A stretch of 64,000 nucleotides of DNA from an uncultured cyanobacterium (GCA_963740315.1 CAVUDP010000002.1:3296001-3360000), one strand, 5' to 3'. Shown: positions 50,196 to 60,820, numbered from the stretch's first letter. Numbers and translations: made by a program. Notes: generated by a model not told the origin, from the letters alone.

Positions 50196-51392
50196 GTGAA
50201 ACCTATTACTCTTATTGGTTCTACTGGTTCTATTGGTACTCAAACTTTAGATATTGTTGCTCAATGTCCCGAACAGTTTCGTATTGTCGGATTAGCCGCA
50301 GGGCGCAACGTAGAACTATTAGCAGCCCAGATTCGGCAGTTTCAACCAAGCATAGCGGCAATCTGCGATCGCGATAAATTACCGCAACTTAAAGAGGCAA
50401 TCAAAGACTTAGAAATCCAACCAACTTTATTAGCGGGAGAAGATGGTGTTATAGAAGTTGCTCGTTATGCAGAAGCTGAAACTGTAGTTACGGGTATTGT
50501 CGGTTGTGCTGGTTTACTGCCTACCATCGCTGCGATCGAAGCGGGTAAAGATATTGCTTTGGCAAACAAGGAAACTCTAATTGCTGGCGCACCAGTAGTT
50601 TTACCTTTAATTGAAAAACATGGAGTGAAATTATTACCCGCCGATTCCGAGCATTCGGCAATCTTTCAATGTCTGCAAGGTATTCCAGAAGCCGGTTTAC
50701 GCAAGATTATCCTTACAGCTTCCGGTGGTGCTTTCCGCGATTGGGATGTAGAAAAATTGGCAGATGTGACGGTTGCCGATGCCCTCAAACATCCTAATTG
50801 GTCGATGGGGCGTAAAATTACAGTAGATTCGGCAACTTTAATGAATAAGGGTTTGGAAGTAATTGAAGCGCACTTCCTATTTGGATTAGATTACGACGAT
50901 ATTGAAATAGTTATTCATCCCCAAAGTATCATTCATTCGCTGATTGAGTTGCAAGATACCTCAGTTTTAGCTCAGTTGGGTTGGGCTGATATGCGTCTAC
51001 CTTTGCTGTATGCTTTATCTTATCCAGAGCGTATCTTCACCGATTGGGAACGCTTAGATTTAGTCAAAGCAGGCTCCTTAACCTTCCGCGAACCCAATCA
51101 TCAAAAGTATCCCTGTATGAAACTAGCTTACGCTGTCGGAAAAGCTGGTGGTTCAATGCCAGCAGTTTTAAACGCCGCCAACGAGCAAGCCGTAGCTTTA
51201 TTTTTAGAAGAAAAAATTCACTTTTTAGATATTCCCCGCTGCATCGAAAAAGTTTGCGAGATCCATTCCAACGACAACCGTTCAAATCCTAATTTAGACG
51301 ACATTTTAGCAGCCGATAAATGGGCGAGACAAGAAGTAATCAAAGCTGCACAAAGTTTAGAAAACTCCCCAACGGTAGTTTCGATGCGGTAA
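50196..51392 (+). CDS. dxr: 1-deoxy-D-xylulose-5-phosphate reductoisomerase
   Basis: [57 protein letters not shown]. Confidence 0.98.
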   Translation: MKPITLIGSTGSIGTQTLDIVAQCPEQFRIVGLAAGRNVELLAAQIRQFQPSIAAICDRDKLPQLKEAIKDLEIQPTLLAGEDGVIEVARYAEAETVVTGIVGCAGLLPTIAAIEAGKDIALANKETLIAGAPVVLPLIEKHGVKLLPADSEHSAIFQCLQGIPEAGLRKIILTASGGAFRDWDVEKLADVTVADALKHPNWSMGRKITVDSATLMNKGLEVIEAHFLFGLDYDDIEIVIHPQSIIHSLIELQDTSVLAQLGWADMRLPLLYALSYPERIFTDWERLDLVKAGSLTFREPNHQKYPCMKLAYAVGKAGGSMPAVLNAANEQAVALFLEEKIHFLDIPRCIEKVCEIHSNDNRSNPNLDDILAADKWARQEVIKAAQSLENSPTVVSMR

Positions 51393-51535
51393 GGGGATGG
51401 GGAGATGGGGGGATGGGTAGAGGGGGTTCGGGGGAGATGGGGAGATGGGGAGATGGGGGTAGTTAAATAGCGAGCATTCCGGCTCGCACTACTCTTAATT
51501 CCTAATTCCGGTGGTCCTAACTCCTAACTCCTTAA
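51393..51535. repeat. Composite STRR + REP module downstream of dxr (inverted copy of the upstream module)
   Basis: (GGGAGATG)n, GGTAGTTAAATAGCGAGCATTCCGGCTCGCACTAC, (CCTAATT/CCTAACT)n. Confidence 0.9.
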
Positions 51536-52033
51536 TTACTTATTTGATGCAGAAAGCCTTGCAAAAACCTCTTTCACTCCAGGAGGTAACTGACGCATTA
51601 TCTTACCTTTTTCGCGATCCATTGCCACTAAAGTAACTTTGGCGCTGACGTATAAATCTTGTGCATCGGTTGATTGAATGGCATAATCCCAGTTGATGCG
51701 AACCCCCGTTACCTCTTCCATACGAGTTTTTACTACAGCTGCCATACCCAACTGAAGCGATCGATGGTAGCGTATCGACATTTCTACTACGGGTAACTCG
51801 CAGCCTAAAGCCACTAATTCGGTGTATTCAATCCCAATTGAACGCAAGCATTCTATTCTCGCTTCTTCCATCCAAGCAATATAGGTACCATGCCACACAA
51901 CGCCAGCATAATCGCTGTGGTGAGGATGAACCCTTACAGGATATTCAAACCAATTTTCAGATGCGTGTAAATATGGATTGTCGATCGCACCAGTCGGCGG
52001 TAGTTGCGGTTGCTGTGATTTTTCTTCAGACAT
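51536..52033 (-). CDS. Acyl-CoA thioesterase (YbgC/4-HBT hot-dog fold)
   Basis: VRVHPHHSDYAGVVWHGTYIAWMEEARIE. Confidence 0.9.
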   Translation of the reverse strand: MSEEKSQQPQLPPTGAIDNPYLHASENWFEYPVRVHPHHSDYAGVVWHGTYIAWMEEARIECLRSIGIEYTELVALGCELPVVEMSIRYHRSLQLGMAAVVKTRMEEVTGVRINWDYAIQSTDAQDLYVSAKVTLVAMDREKGKIMRQLPPGVKEVFARLSASNK

Positions 52034-52946
52034 CTTATTTCTTTGCAGATGCTCGGTTAATTAATTTGAAGCAATACTGCCGCTATTATATGACTTGTAA
52101 CAATTTGAGGTGTTAATAAACTTATTTCCTAAAAAATTAGGTTTTTTTTGGCTAGAGCAAGATTACTGCAAATTGTCAGATGCTACCGAAATCAGCATTC
52201 GGGAAGTCCACGAGTAACAAAACAGAAAAAAAAGTCAAATATTCCCTTGGAAATATTTGAATAAAAGAGTATTTTAGAATACAATAAGTTTATGTAAATC
52301 CAATTACGCAACCGAACTACCATTAATCACTATTTACTTGTAATGACCAGTTTTATCTGTAATTATTCGTATAAAAATTCAGCGATAAAGTGCAGTCAGG
52401 AGTTAAGGTATGCGGTTCTTAAGTACTTCTCATACTTAATTAATTTCTTTTCTGAAGGGAAAATACATCTTCACAATTTCCTCATAATTAGGAAACTGTT
52501 TTTTAGATAAGAAAAGATAAATTATACATTATCTTAGCAAGAAAATAGTTATTAATTATACTTCTAGTTTTAGGAGAGCATTAATTTAAATGCCCAATAT
52601 TACCGATAATTTTCGTTGGTAGCCTCATTTACATTTACCCTCATTAAAACTTAATCGCTTTATTAAAAGGAATGAATTTATTAGTTTCAAACCACGATTC
52701 GCTATTTTCCACATCATACCGTCGAGCAAATATCAATGCTCTAATACAGATAACTATAGATATAGCAAGGAGTTTAGCAAAAAATGAAAGGTCGTGCGAA
52801 TTGTCCCATGCCTTACACAGACGACGGAGAAATAACTGGTTAGTAGTTCGCAATCAAGACTATAAACCGAAATCGCTCTCGTTTCTTTGGTCTGAGCAAG
52901 TCACTGTTATCTTACCTCGATGGAGGCTACCTTATCCGAGCAACCC

Positions 52947-53294
52947 TTAACAGCGTTTTACAAGAGTTTTACCGCTATTACAAGCTTCAATAGGTGGAAG
53001 CTTAATGATATCCGCAAGTTCCTGTAGCTGGTTTACCGCTTCCGCGCCTTCCAACTTCATTAACTCGCGATCGTCACGCATCTCAGTCCAAGTAATGCCG
53101 TAATCGGACACTAAAAACCGAATCAGGTGATTTTCTCCCAAGCTAACCATAAACGAAGCACTGTTCATTTGGTCGCCGCAAGTATAGCAAGACGCGGGGT
53201 ATCCACGTCTCTCCAAAACTATCGCCAAGGCTTGTAAGTTCATTACTAAGTCTTGAACGAATTGCCGGTGTTGCTGCGCTAATCTTAGAAACAC
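52947..53294 (-). CDS. Conserved cyanobacterial protein (DUF1815-like)
   Basis: MFLRLAQQHRQFVQDLVMNLQALA..ASCYTC..RFLVSDYGITWTE recognised from memory of the family. Confidence 0.8.
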   Translation of the reverse strand: MFLRLAQQHRQFVQDLVMNLQALAIVLERRGYPASCYTCGDQMNSASFMVSLGENHLIRFLVSDYGITWTEMRDDRELMKLEGAEAVNQLQELADIIKLPPIEACNSGKTLVKRC

Positions 53295-54208
53295 TTTTAT
53301 CCTCCAAACACCACAATTATTTTAGTCTCTTTTATATTTTTTTTAGATTTTCCCAACAAAGGGTATTGTAAACTAAACATTACAATTATCCACAAGTGAA
53401 AAATTCTGAAAAATTACTACCTTGAAAATGGTAGTTCATGTAAACAACTCGTGCCGTATCATAATATTCACTTTAGGATTAAAAATTCCCGACACGATTG
53501 GTTAAATTTTACTTCGCATTTATATCATCGAGGTCAGGGTAGATACTGACAATATAAATCCGCTATCACATTAACTCATATTTAGTAGAAGTCAACTGCC
53601 AAAAATTCACAAATAGTATCCTTATCGGCTATTAACTCTTAAAAAAGCTAGAGTTGATTCTTTTATTGGCATTTTACTCCGTTTCATTGCTGAAGAGGCT
53701 ACAGTAAATCTATGTATTTTTAACCTTAATAGACAATTTACCGTTGTAGGTAAGTAAAATTGGTTAAATTACTGATTTCTTCTTACATGGCTAAATAAAT
53801 TTGCCTCCAAAACAAATTTTAAATTTGACAAAACTTTAATAGCTTGATGTAACTGGTATGCAGGTACATTCAATTATTTCAATGTCAAAACTAAAACTTG
53901 AGCATAGCTAAATAATTGCAACTCGTGCTGCCAATTCGGCAGAATTATACTAAAATCTTTATAAAAATGTATTTTTTGCTACTTTTTGTATAATCCAAAT
54001 TAAATTAAGAGTAGCTTTTAGAAGATTTATAAAGAAATAATACCGTAAAAGAATAATAAATAATATACCAGCATACAGGTTCAAAGAATTAGATACTTAC
54101 GATTTGTTCCCTAATTGAAAGACGGCAACTTAAAACATAATCTAAAATCCAGTCATTAGAAAAAATAATCGTTGCGATTATAATTCCTTATTAATATAAC
54201 TAAAATAT

Positions 54209-54246
54209 AAAATCGTATCGCAAGTAGCTACGATACGATTTTTTCT
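54209..54246. terminator. Hairpin terminator downstream of the DUF2839-like gene
   Basis: AAAATCGTATCG-N10-CGATACGATTTT perfect 12-bp stem. Confidence 0.75.
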
Positions 54247-54276
54247 TTCATCCAAAAAAATAGCCACTACAAAAGT

Positions 54277-54489
54277 TTAGACTACTTGCCACAAACCGAA
54301 AGCAGGACCGATAAAACGAATCGTTACCCAAATGGCAACCATTAAAAAGATACCTATCCAGGCACCGCGAGTAGTCCAATTGACAAACTGTTCTGATTGT
54401 TTTTTGGTAATCGGAACCCAAGGTAAAATACGAGGAGAATCACCGTAATTTTCTCCTAATGAAGCTTTACGCCGCTTTGCTTCGCCCAT
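54277..54489 (-). CDS. Small membrane protein (DUF2839-like)
   Basis: MGEAKRRK..., TTRGAWIGI, RFIGPAFG. Confidence 0.85.
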   Translation of the reverse strand: MGEAKRRKASLGENYGDSPRILPWVPITKKQSEQFVNWTTRGAWIGIFLMVAIWVTIRFIGPAFGLWQVV

Positions 54490-54668
54490 AATTGAAATTG
54501 AAAATACATCGTAGGAAAATACCTATTCCATCTCGATAATAGCGCTTATACAGTCATATTGAAACAAACATTTTATAAAACTTAAGCACTAATAAAATCC
54601 CTGCGATACAAAGGATTTCACTATGGTGTTTCTGCTAGTTTTACATTTATTTATATTTGTTGATAGTT

Positions 54669-54703
54669 ATTTAAATATATTTAAATATATTTAAATATAT
54701 TTA
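54669..54703. repeat. AT-only palindromic tandem repeat (ATTTAAATAT)x3
   Basis: Seen directly in a divergent promoter region. Confidence 0.8.
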
Positions 54704-55232
54704 CAATTATTAATAGTAGGAACTCATAAATAATAATTAAAAGCTTATAGTTATTACAGGTAAAACTATAATAATCCGGAAAGGAAAGTAATTACAGGTT
54801 GTTTTGCGATTTATGGTGTACGATCGCAAAAAAAAAGACGGTTGCGATCAACAACTTAATGCTAGTAATTAGTACTAGAATGCAGTTTTGCGTAAATCAA
54901 CTTTTAGCCTTTGTTTTAGCTTTTGAATTTATACTATTTTTTTAAGATGAGCGATTATTAGTATAAAGGTTTTTAACCGAAAGCTAAACCAAGCTTAACT
55001 TTTCACTGAATTTAGTATTAACGAGACTTAACATTAAGTAAAAAATGAAACCTTAATCAAAACTGAATATTAAACAACATTTTTCCTTGAAGCGCTAATC
55101 TGATACTAAGAAAAATATTTACAACAACTATTGGAACTATGCTGATTCTATACTATTCATTAAGAATAGTTTTGCATGGTTTTAAAGCCAGTCAGCTAAC
55201 CTCCGCACCTACATCATACGCGCAAATAAAAG

Positions 55233-56903
55233 ATGAAATATAAGGGCTTTCCTATTTCTTTACGCAATAATTTCCGTCTTAACTTAAAATCACCTTTCTC
55301 GATCGCTGCTTTGCTTATAGTTACTAGTAGCTCGACAATGCTACTAAGTGCAGAAGTTGATGCGAATGCAACGGAACAAAGTAACGCTCAAATAATAGCG
55401 CAAAATCCCGTTGCCAGCAGCATAATTCATGTAAATCCACAAACAGGTACAGACGCTGCTGGTGCTGGTACTACAGAAGCTACACCATACAAAACCATTA
55501 CTTTCGCTCTTAACCAAGCACAACCCGGTACAATTATTCAACTTGCACCCGGTACCTACAGCGAAGAAACAGGAGAAAAATTTCCACTTAAAATCAAACC
55601 AGGAGTAACTCTTAGAGGAGATGAAGCTGGTAAAGGGCAAGCAACATTAATTACCGGCAGCGGTAGATATACTAGTCGTACTTTTGCCCGTCAAAATATT
55701 ACTATTCTTGCTCAAAAAGACTCCGTTATTACTGGCGTTACCGTCACAAACCCAGCTTCTCGCGGTACTGGTGTATGGGTAGAATCAACTAATCCGACAA
55801 TTATCAATAATACTTTCACCAACAACTTACGAGAAGGCGTTTTTGTTACGGGTACGGGTAATCCTAAAATCGCCGGTAATATCTTTATTCAAAATAAAGG
55901 TAATGGGATTTCCGTGGCGAAATCTGCTAGCGGGGAGATTCGCGGTAACTTATTTCAAGATACTGGTTTTGGTTTGGCGATCGGTGGAAAATCTACACCT
56001 TTAATAGCTGAAAACCAAATCTTGCAAAATAGAGACGGACTTTTTATCTCTAATTCGGCTAAGCCGATATTGCGTAAAAACGTCATTCAAAACAATACAC
56101 GTGATGGTATTGTAGTCATTTCTGACGCTAATCCCAACCTGGGAACTGCCGAAGAATCTGGCGGTAACTTAATTCGTAATAACGAGCGTTATGACGTTAA
56201 CAACGCCACTCGTAACATACAGCTGCTGGCGATCGGTAACGACATCGACGAAAGCAAAATTGAAGGGCAGGTTGAATTTGTCGCCGCTGCCGTCACTCCA
56301 CCTCCTGGAGGTGCAACAGCTTTTGTTGATGTTGCGCCAAATTACTGGGCGAAAAGCTATATCGAAGCTTTAGCTTCCAAAGGCATAATTGCTGGTTTCC
56401 CCGATGGTAGTTTTAAACCCAACGAACCAGTTACCCGCGCTCAATTTGCCGCTATTATCAATAAAGCTTTTGCCCCACAAGCTCAACAGCAAGCCATTAA
56501 TTTTAGCGATGTCAGCAGCAATTTTTGGGCTTATAGTGCCATTCAGTCAGCTACCAAAAGTCCTTTCCTTGCCGGTTATCCTAATAATACTTTTAGACCG
56601 CAACTGGAAATTCCTAGAGTACAAGTTTTAGTTTCCTTAGCTAACGGTTTGGGCTTAACTACAAACAATCCAAATGTTCTTTCTGTTTACAGCGATGCTT
56701 CCCAAATCCCCAATTGGGCTTCGTCGCCAGTTGCAGCAGCAACCGCAACACAGCTTGTAGTTAACTACCCAACTGCTACACAATTAAATCCCAGTCGCGA
56801 AGCAACCAGAGCAGAAGTTGCGGCATTTGTTTATCAAGCATTAGTCAACGCCGGAAAAGCTCAGGCAATTCCTTCACCTTATGTAGTAACAGTTCAGCAA
56901 TAG
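55233..56903 (+). CDS. Exported DUF1565 (parallel beta-helix) protein with C-terminal SLH domains
   Basis: Signal peptide, PYKTITFAL, LAPGTYS, beta-helix repeats. SLH motifs FVDV..NYWA..YI..L, GFPDGSFKPNEPVTRAQFA, ATRAEVAA. Confidence 0.9.
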   Translation: MKYKGFPISLRNNFRLNLKSPFSIAALLIVTSSSTMLLSAEVDANATEQSNAQIIAQNPVASSIIHVNPQTGTDAAGAGTTEATPYKTITFALNQAQPGTIIQLAPGTYSEETGEKFPLKIKPGVTLRGDEAGKGQATLITGSGRYTSRTFARQNITILAQKDSVITGVTVTNPASRGTGVWVESTNPTIINNTFTNNLREGVFVTGTGNPKIAGNIFIQNKGNGISVAKSASGEIRGNLFQDTGFGLAIGGKSTPLIAENQILQNRDGLFISNSAKPILRKNVIQNNTRDGIVVISDANPNLGTAEESGGNLIRNNERYDVNNATRNIQLLAIGNDIDESKIEGQVEFVAAAVTPPPGGATAFVDVAPNYWAKSYIEALASKGIIAGFPDGSFKPNEPVTRAQFAAIINKAFAPQAQQQAINFSDVSSNFWAYSAIQSATKSPFLAGYPNNTFRPQLEIPRVQVLVSLANGLGLTTNNPNVLSVYSDASQIPNWASSPVAAATATQLVVNYPTATQLNPSREATRAEVAAFVYQALVNAGKAQAIPSPYVVTVQQ

Positions 56904-56954
56904 AATCTTGTACCGCATTCGAGCTTATTGCTTTTTATCTAATTAAAAATTAAC

Positions 56955-56996
56955 AGCGCCAAGACTAATTTTTATAGTCTGGCGCTTCATTTTTTA
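56955..56996 (+). terminator. Intrinsic terminator of the SLH gene
   Basis: AGCGCCA-AGACTA...TAGTC-TGGCGCT followed by TCATTTTTT. Confidence 0.75.
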
Positions 56997-57131
56997 TTAG
57001 TTTTATCTTTCAAGCACATTTGAAAACCCTTACTAATCATAGTTTGAGGTTTTAATCAAAATGTGTGAATTTTATTTTTCGGAAACCGATTTAATACCTT
57101 TAACATGCAAACCTTTAACCTCGATCGAACA

Positions 57132-57416
57132 TTAATTTTTTTCCCGACTGTCTTCCCAACGCCAGAGAAAAACCATTAAAGCGACTACTCCTAATTGAAG
57201 CGCCAAAGATGGTAAACCCACCTCAAGGGAGGTTTTATGGGCTAGCAGTTGTAAAACAAAAATAAATGCCCCGATTAAGCCAGAAGCAGTAAAACTTAGA
57301 TAAATAAACTTTCGGAATCCCCGATAAGGAGCGGCTGCTTCTGCTTTCAGACGAGCATATAGCTCCGGGTTTACTTGGCGTTTATTAGTGCTATTTTTGG
57401 AATTTGGTTGTACCAT
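57132..57416 (-). CDS. DUF3493 (LPA1-like) small membrane protein
   Basis: RLKAEAAAPYRGFRKFIY, two TMs. The ATG at 57416 is preferred over the track start at 57440. Confidence 0.8.
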   Translation of the reverse strand: MVQPNSKNSTNKRQVNPELYARLKAEAAAPYRGFRKFIYLSFTASGLIGAFIFVLQLLAHKTSLEVGLPSLALQLGVVALMVFLWRWEDSREKN

Positions 57417-57450
57417 GAAGTTCTTAATGATATAATACAAAACGGTTTAT

Positions 57451-57522
57451 GCCGACGTGGCTCAGTGGTAGAGCAATTGATTCGTAATCAATAGGTCGCG
57501 GGTTCAAATCCCGCCGTCGGCT
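57451..57522 (+). tRNA. trnT: tRNA-Thr(CGT)
   Basis: Acceptor stem GCCGACG/CGTCGGC, D-arm GCTCAGTGGTAGAGC, anticodon arm ATTGA-TTCGTAA-TCAAT, T-loop GGTTCAAATCC. No encoded CCA. TATAAT at 57431-36. Confidence 0.97.
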
Positions 57523-57558
57523 TTGTTTTTAAATGTTTTTCAAGTTCGTTGAATATTA

Positions 57559-58590
57559 TTAGTTTAGCTGTTTAAGGATGATCCGATTGCGTCCCTCTTG
57601 TTTGGCTTGGTAAAGAGCTTTATCTGCTGCCAAAATTAAATTGGTTGGCGAAGATTCAAAATTGGGAATAATAGTTGCTACCCCTAGACTCAGAGTTACG
57701 TAATTGCTAACGCCAGATTCCGAATGCTCCACTTTTAATTCCCTCACTTCCGATTGCATTGAAGCTGCAACGTGAACTGCCCCAGAGGCATGGGTATGGG
57801 GCATAATTACAGCAAATTCTTCGCCACCGTAACGCGCTACCAAATCTTGATTTTTTTGTGCTGCACGATTTAAAACATCAGCTACTTTTTGCAAGCACAA
57901 ATCTCCTGCTGGATGACCGTATTTATCGTTAAAACGTTTAAAAAAGTCGATATCGCATAAAATCAGCGACAGTGGCTTATCCGAACCAGCTAAATTCATC
58001 CATTGATTATTTATATACTCGTCAAACCGCCGACGATTAGCTAACCCAGTTAAACCATCCATGTTTGCCAGTTGCTGTAAAGCTTGGTTAGAAGCTTCTA
58101 ACTGTTTATATAGTTGCGCTTGTTGCAATAGCCGTCGTACACGTTGGCGTAATACTGCCCAATGAATCGGCTTAGTAACGTAATCGCTAGCCCCCGAACC
58201 GAAAGCACGATCTACAGACTTTGGGTCGTCTAAGCCAGTAATCATCAGTATTGGAGTACGTTCCCATAGATTTGAGATGACGCTAGTGCTTGCATAAGAT
58301 TCAGTATCAAAGTTTTCTAAGGCTCTTGTCAAATTATTTCTAGCGATCTGCATTAATTCATGACAACAGGTAAAACCGTCCATCACCGGCATTAATGCAT
58401 CTAGTAGAACTAAATCCGGTTTTAAAGCAATATATGCATCTAAACATTCTTTACCGTTAGCAACATTTTCTACGCGATATCCTTCATTGTCCATATATTC
58501 ACATAGAAGAGTCCGTATGGCTTTATCGTCATCAGCCACCAAAATCAACGGAGGTTTACTAGGAATAGGAGTTGGGCTTTTGCCTGACAT
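57559..58590 (-). CDS. REC-GGDEF response-regulator diguanylate cyclase (PleD/WspR-like)
   Basis: LVADDD, LLDALMP, DYVTKP, DGLTGLANRR, DIDFFKRFNDKYGH, ARYGGEEF. The likely start is the ATG at 58590 (track start 58740). Confidence 0.93.
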   Translation of the reverse strand: MSGKSPTPIPSKPPLILVADDDKAIRTLLCEYMDNEGYRVENVANGKECLDAYIALKPDLVLLDALMPVMDGFTCCHELMQIARNNLTRALENFDTESYASTSVISNLWERTPILMITGLDDPKSVDRAFGSGASDYVTKPIHWAVLRQRVRRLLQQAQLYKQLEASNQALQQLANMDGLTGLANRRRFDEYINNQWMNLAGSDKPLSLILCDIDFFKRFNDKYGHPAGDLCLQKVADVLNRAAQKNQDLVARYGGEEFAVIMPHTHASGAVHVAASMQSEVRELKVEHSESGVSNYVTLSLGVATIIPNFESSPTNLILAADKALYQAKQEGRNRIILKQLN

Positions 58591-58932
58591 GAGTTGCGTT
58601 TCACAGAATATTAAAGTGGTAAAGCTAAAAGTAAATCCTCGATCCATTAAAGATAATTGGATAACTATAGTTAGCTTACTTCCAGACTTTTCGCAGTATT
58701 TTTTGTAGTTAGTTACTGCACCTACTGCCGTACATACCATCTCAAAAAGCCTTTTTCATCCGCGATTATCATGATTAGTTAAAGCTAAATGACAATAGGA
58801 TGAACGAAAATTGTACTGTCTACAATATTGCCCGCAAACAATTTTCAAAACTTGTTTTAAAAAGGAAAGCAGTGTTAAGTGGTTTTTATTTTATTAGTAA
58901 TTTAATTACAAAATAGCAATCTTAAAGGGATT

Positions 58933-59091
58933 TTAAGGTGGAAAAGAAGTGAAGGCTGCATCAATGTTTTGCCGTGGTACAGTTTTTGTCCAAGGTAAAG
59001 CTGTACTTTGATTGCCAATCGTCTGCTGAAGTTTAGCGGTCTGTTTGGCTGCTACAATTAAAGGTTGTGGTAGATGACTTAATTTCTTCAT
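58933..59091 (-). CDS. Possible 52-aa small protein
   Basis: Below the track cutoff: MKKLSHLPQPLIVAAKQTAKLQQTIGNQSTALPWTKTVPRQNIDAAFTSFPP*. Locally higher GC than its flanks. Confidence 0.35.
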   Translation of the reverse strand: MKKLSHLPQPLIVAAKQTAKLQQTIGNQSTALPWTKTVPRQNIDAAFTSFPP

Positions 59092-59471
59092 ATCTATCTA
59101 ATCTGTTTATAACCCCGTTAACGATACAAGCATTTGTTCCAGTAACTTTGTGGAAATCAAATCTTACTATTTATAGTTCCCAGATATTCACTTGCAATTA
59201 CAATTTTGTGCAAAAATTAAAATCTATAACTTAATTCAAGAACAAAGAAAATATTTTTTATGTAAAAATGCTTAATTAATTCATAGGTTAAAGTCATTTA
59301 AAATACTTTTGATATCGACAATGGCTACAATGTAGTTGGAAAATAAAGTTTACCAAGTCCGCCTTAATAGAAGGCTTTTAGGCAGCTAGAATAGCAAGCA
59401 GGAATGCTACAACACACAATCATAATACTACGATTCTGGAATATTCCTTTTGTTGTATAAATTTAAACCAA

Positions 59472-59729
59472 ATGCCAGATTCATTAATGTATCAAGAAGA
59501 TAATTATGTCGTCTTGGAAACTAACCAACCGGAAAAGTTTCTTACTTCCTCAGAGTTGTTAGAAAAGCTTAAAGAGACTTTGCAACAACTCAAGGAAGAA
59601 TTACCACACGATGTAAAAAAAATTGATTCCCTTCAAGCTCAAGCAGAATACTTACTTGACACCAGTTGCGAATTGGATATTGGTCCGGGACAATACTTAC
59701 AGTGGTATGCGGTGCGTCTTGAAAAGTAA
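59472..59729 (+). CDS. crr7: Chlororespiratory reduction 7 (NDH-1 assembly factor, DUF3571)
   Basis: YVVLETNQPEKFLT..ELL, LLDTSCELDIGPGQYLQWYAVRLEK. Confidence 0.85.
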   Translation: MPDSLMYQEDNYVVLETNQPEKFLTSSELLEKLKETLQQLKEELPHDVKKIDSLQAQAEYLLDTSCELDIGPGQYLQWYAVRLEK

Positions 59730-59751
59730 CTTCGGTTTTAGGCGCTAATAG

Positions 59752-60312
59752 TTAACTTTTTTCTGTCTCTGTAGTGGTAATTAAAGTCAATTCAATTTTG
59801 TCTTCTCCTGTCTGCGCGATTTTGACATCTACCCCAGGACCGAAAAAACCATTCATTTTCTCTTGCTTTTGCTCCCAAACATCTAAGGGTATTTGTGGGG
59901 AATCAAAATCTAAGATTAAGGCATAATCGCCATCAATCTCAGTTTCCCGCAATGCTGTCACATCGGGTAATTCTTCTTCTAATTGCGCCACACCCAGATG
60001 AGTCAAAGCTTTATCTAAATGAGCATCTATTCCATAACGATATCGAGTAATATCTTCACGGACTTGATTTTGAGTCTGGGTTGCTTTTTCTTTCCGTAGC
60101 GATAAAACAGATTCTGGTGTAGGAGGTATAAACGGTACTGGTTTAAGCTCGTTTGCTTTCAGTGCAAGCCCTCCCAATAGTATGGGAATCCCGTAAAAAA
60201 AACCAATCAAATTAAGCGTAGCATTGTGGGCTGCATAAGCTACAAAGCCTACTATGGTCAAAACTCCACCGATAGTTAAACCCACCGTTCCCAAAGAAAT
60301 TTTACGTAGCAT
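59752..60312 (-). CDS. DUF2854-like thylakoid membrane protein
   Basis: Two N-terminal TMs, FFYGIPILLGGLALKANELKP, DITRYRYG..AHL, FFGPG. Confidence 0.82.
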   Translation of the reverse strand: MLRKISLGTVGLTIGGVLTIVGFVAYAAHNATLNLIGFFYGIPILLGGLALKANELKPVPFIPPTPESVLSLRKEKATQTQNQVREDITRYRYGIDAHLDKALTHLGVAQLEEELPDVTALRETEIDGDYALILDFDSPQIPLDVWEQKQEKMNGFFGPGVDVKIAQTGEDKIELTLITTTETEKS

Positions 60313-60456
60313 ACTCTATTATCGGATTTTAAATTTAACTGTAACGATTGTTTCATTATCGCCGACAATAGGTAATAATTGGATAAAACAAAACACTCCA
60401 GAATCTTTCTTTTGGGTTAAGTTAAAAGTATTATTAGTTAAAAACTGCTACTAACG

Positions 60457-60624
60457 ATGGATATACAGACGATAAAAGAAAGAATTGCTCTAGTTGAAAG
60501 CAAACGCGAACATTTACTGAGTTTGCTCGAACAACCGAACTTAGGAACTCTGAGAATTGATGTCAATCAAGCTTTAGAAGAAATGGATGAATTGCTTGAT
60601 GAATACAAGCGTACCTTCCCTTAA
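60457..60624 (+). CDS. Small helical-hairpin protein, 55 aa (missed by the track)
   Basis: MDIQTIKERIALVESKREHLLSLLEQPNLGTLRIDVNQALEEMDELLDEYKRTFP*; clear heptad pattern. Confidence 0.8.
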   Translation: MDIQTIKERIALVESKREHLLSLLEQPNLGTLRIDVNQALEEMDELLDEYKRTFP

Positions 60625-60722
60625 ATAAAACCCAAGATATTCACAACTAACAAGACGTTTCTACAGTTAGAATCGTCTTGCTTGGAAGGATTAAATAATA
60701 AAAAATCAAAAAATAGAATTTT

Positions 60723-60762
60723 GGGCACTTGCTACAACGAAGCGAAACGCAACACAGTGTCC
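60723..60762 (+). repeat. Structured ~40-nt dispersed repeat
   Basis: GGGCACT-tgctacaac-gaagCGaaaCG-caacac-AGTGTCC; related to 35383-35427. Confidence 0.6.
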
Positions 60763-60782
60763 TTAAAATGTCAAAGTTATTG

Positions 60783-60820
60783 TGCGTCAATATTAAACCT
60801 TAAAAGGTAATACTGACGCA
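60783..60820. terminator. Hairpin between convergent genes
   Basis: TGCGTCA-ATATT...AATAC-TGACGCA. Confidence 0.6.

Noticed and set aside
52644..52950. ORFs 52644..52853 and 52672..52950
   Set aside because: They overlap on opposite strands with no recognisable motifs and are probably the 3' UTR of the DUF1815-like gene.
57451..57522. tRNA-anchored genomic island
   Set aside because: No integrase and no duplicated tRNA 3' end were seen, and the flanking genes look like ordinary chromosomal genes.
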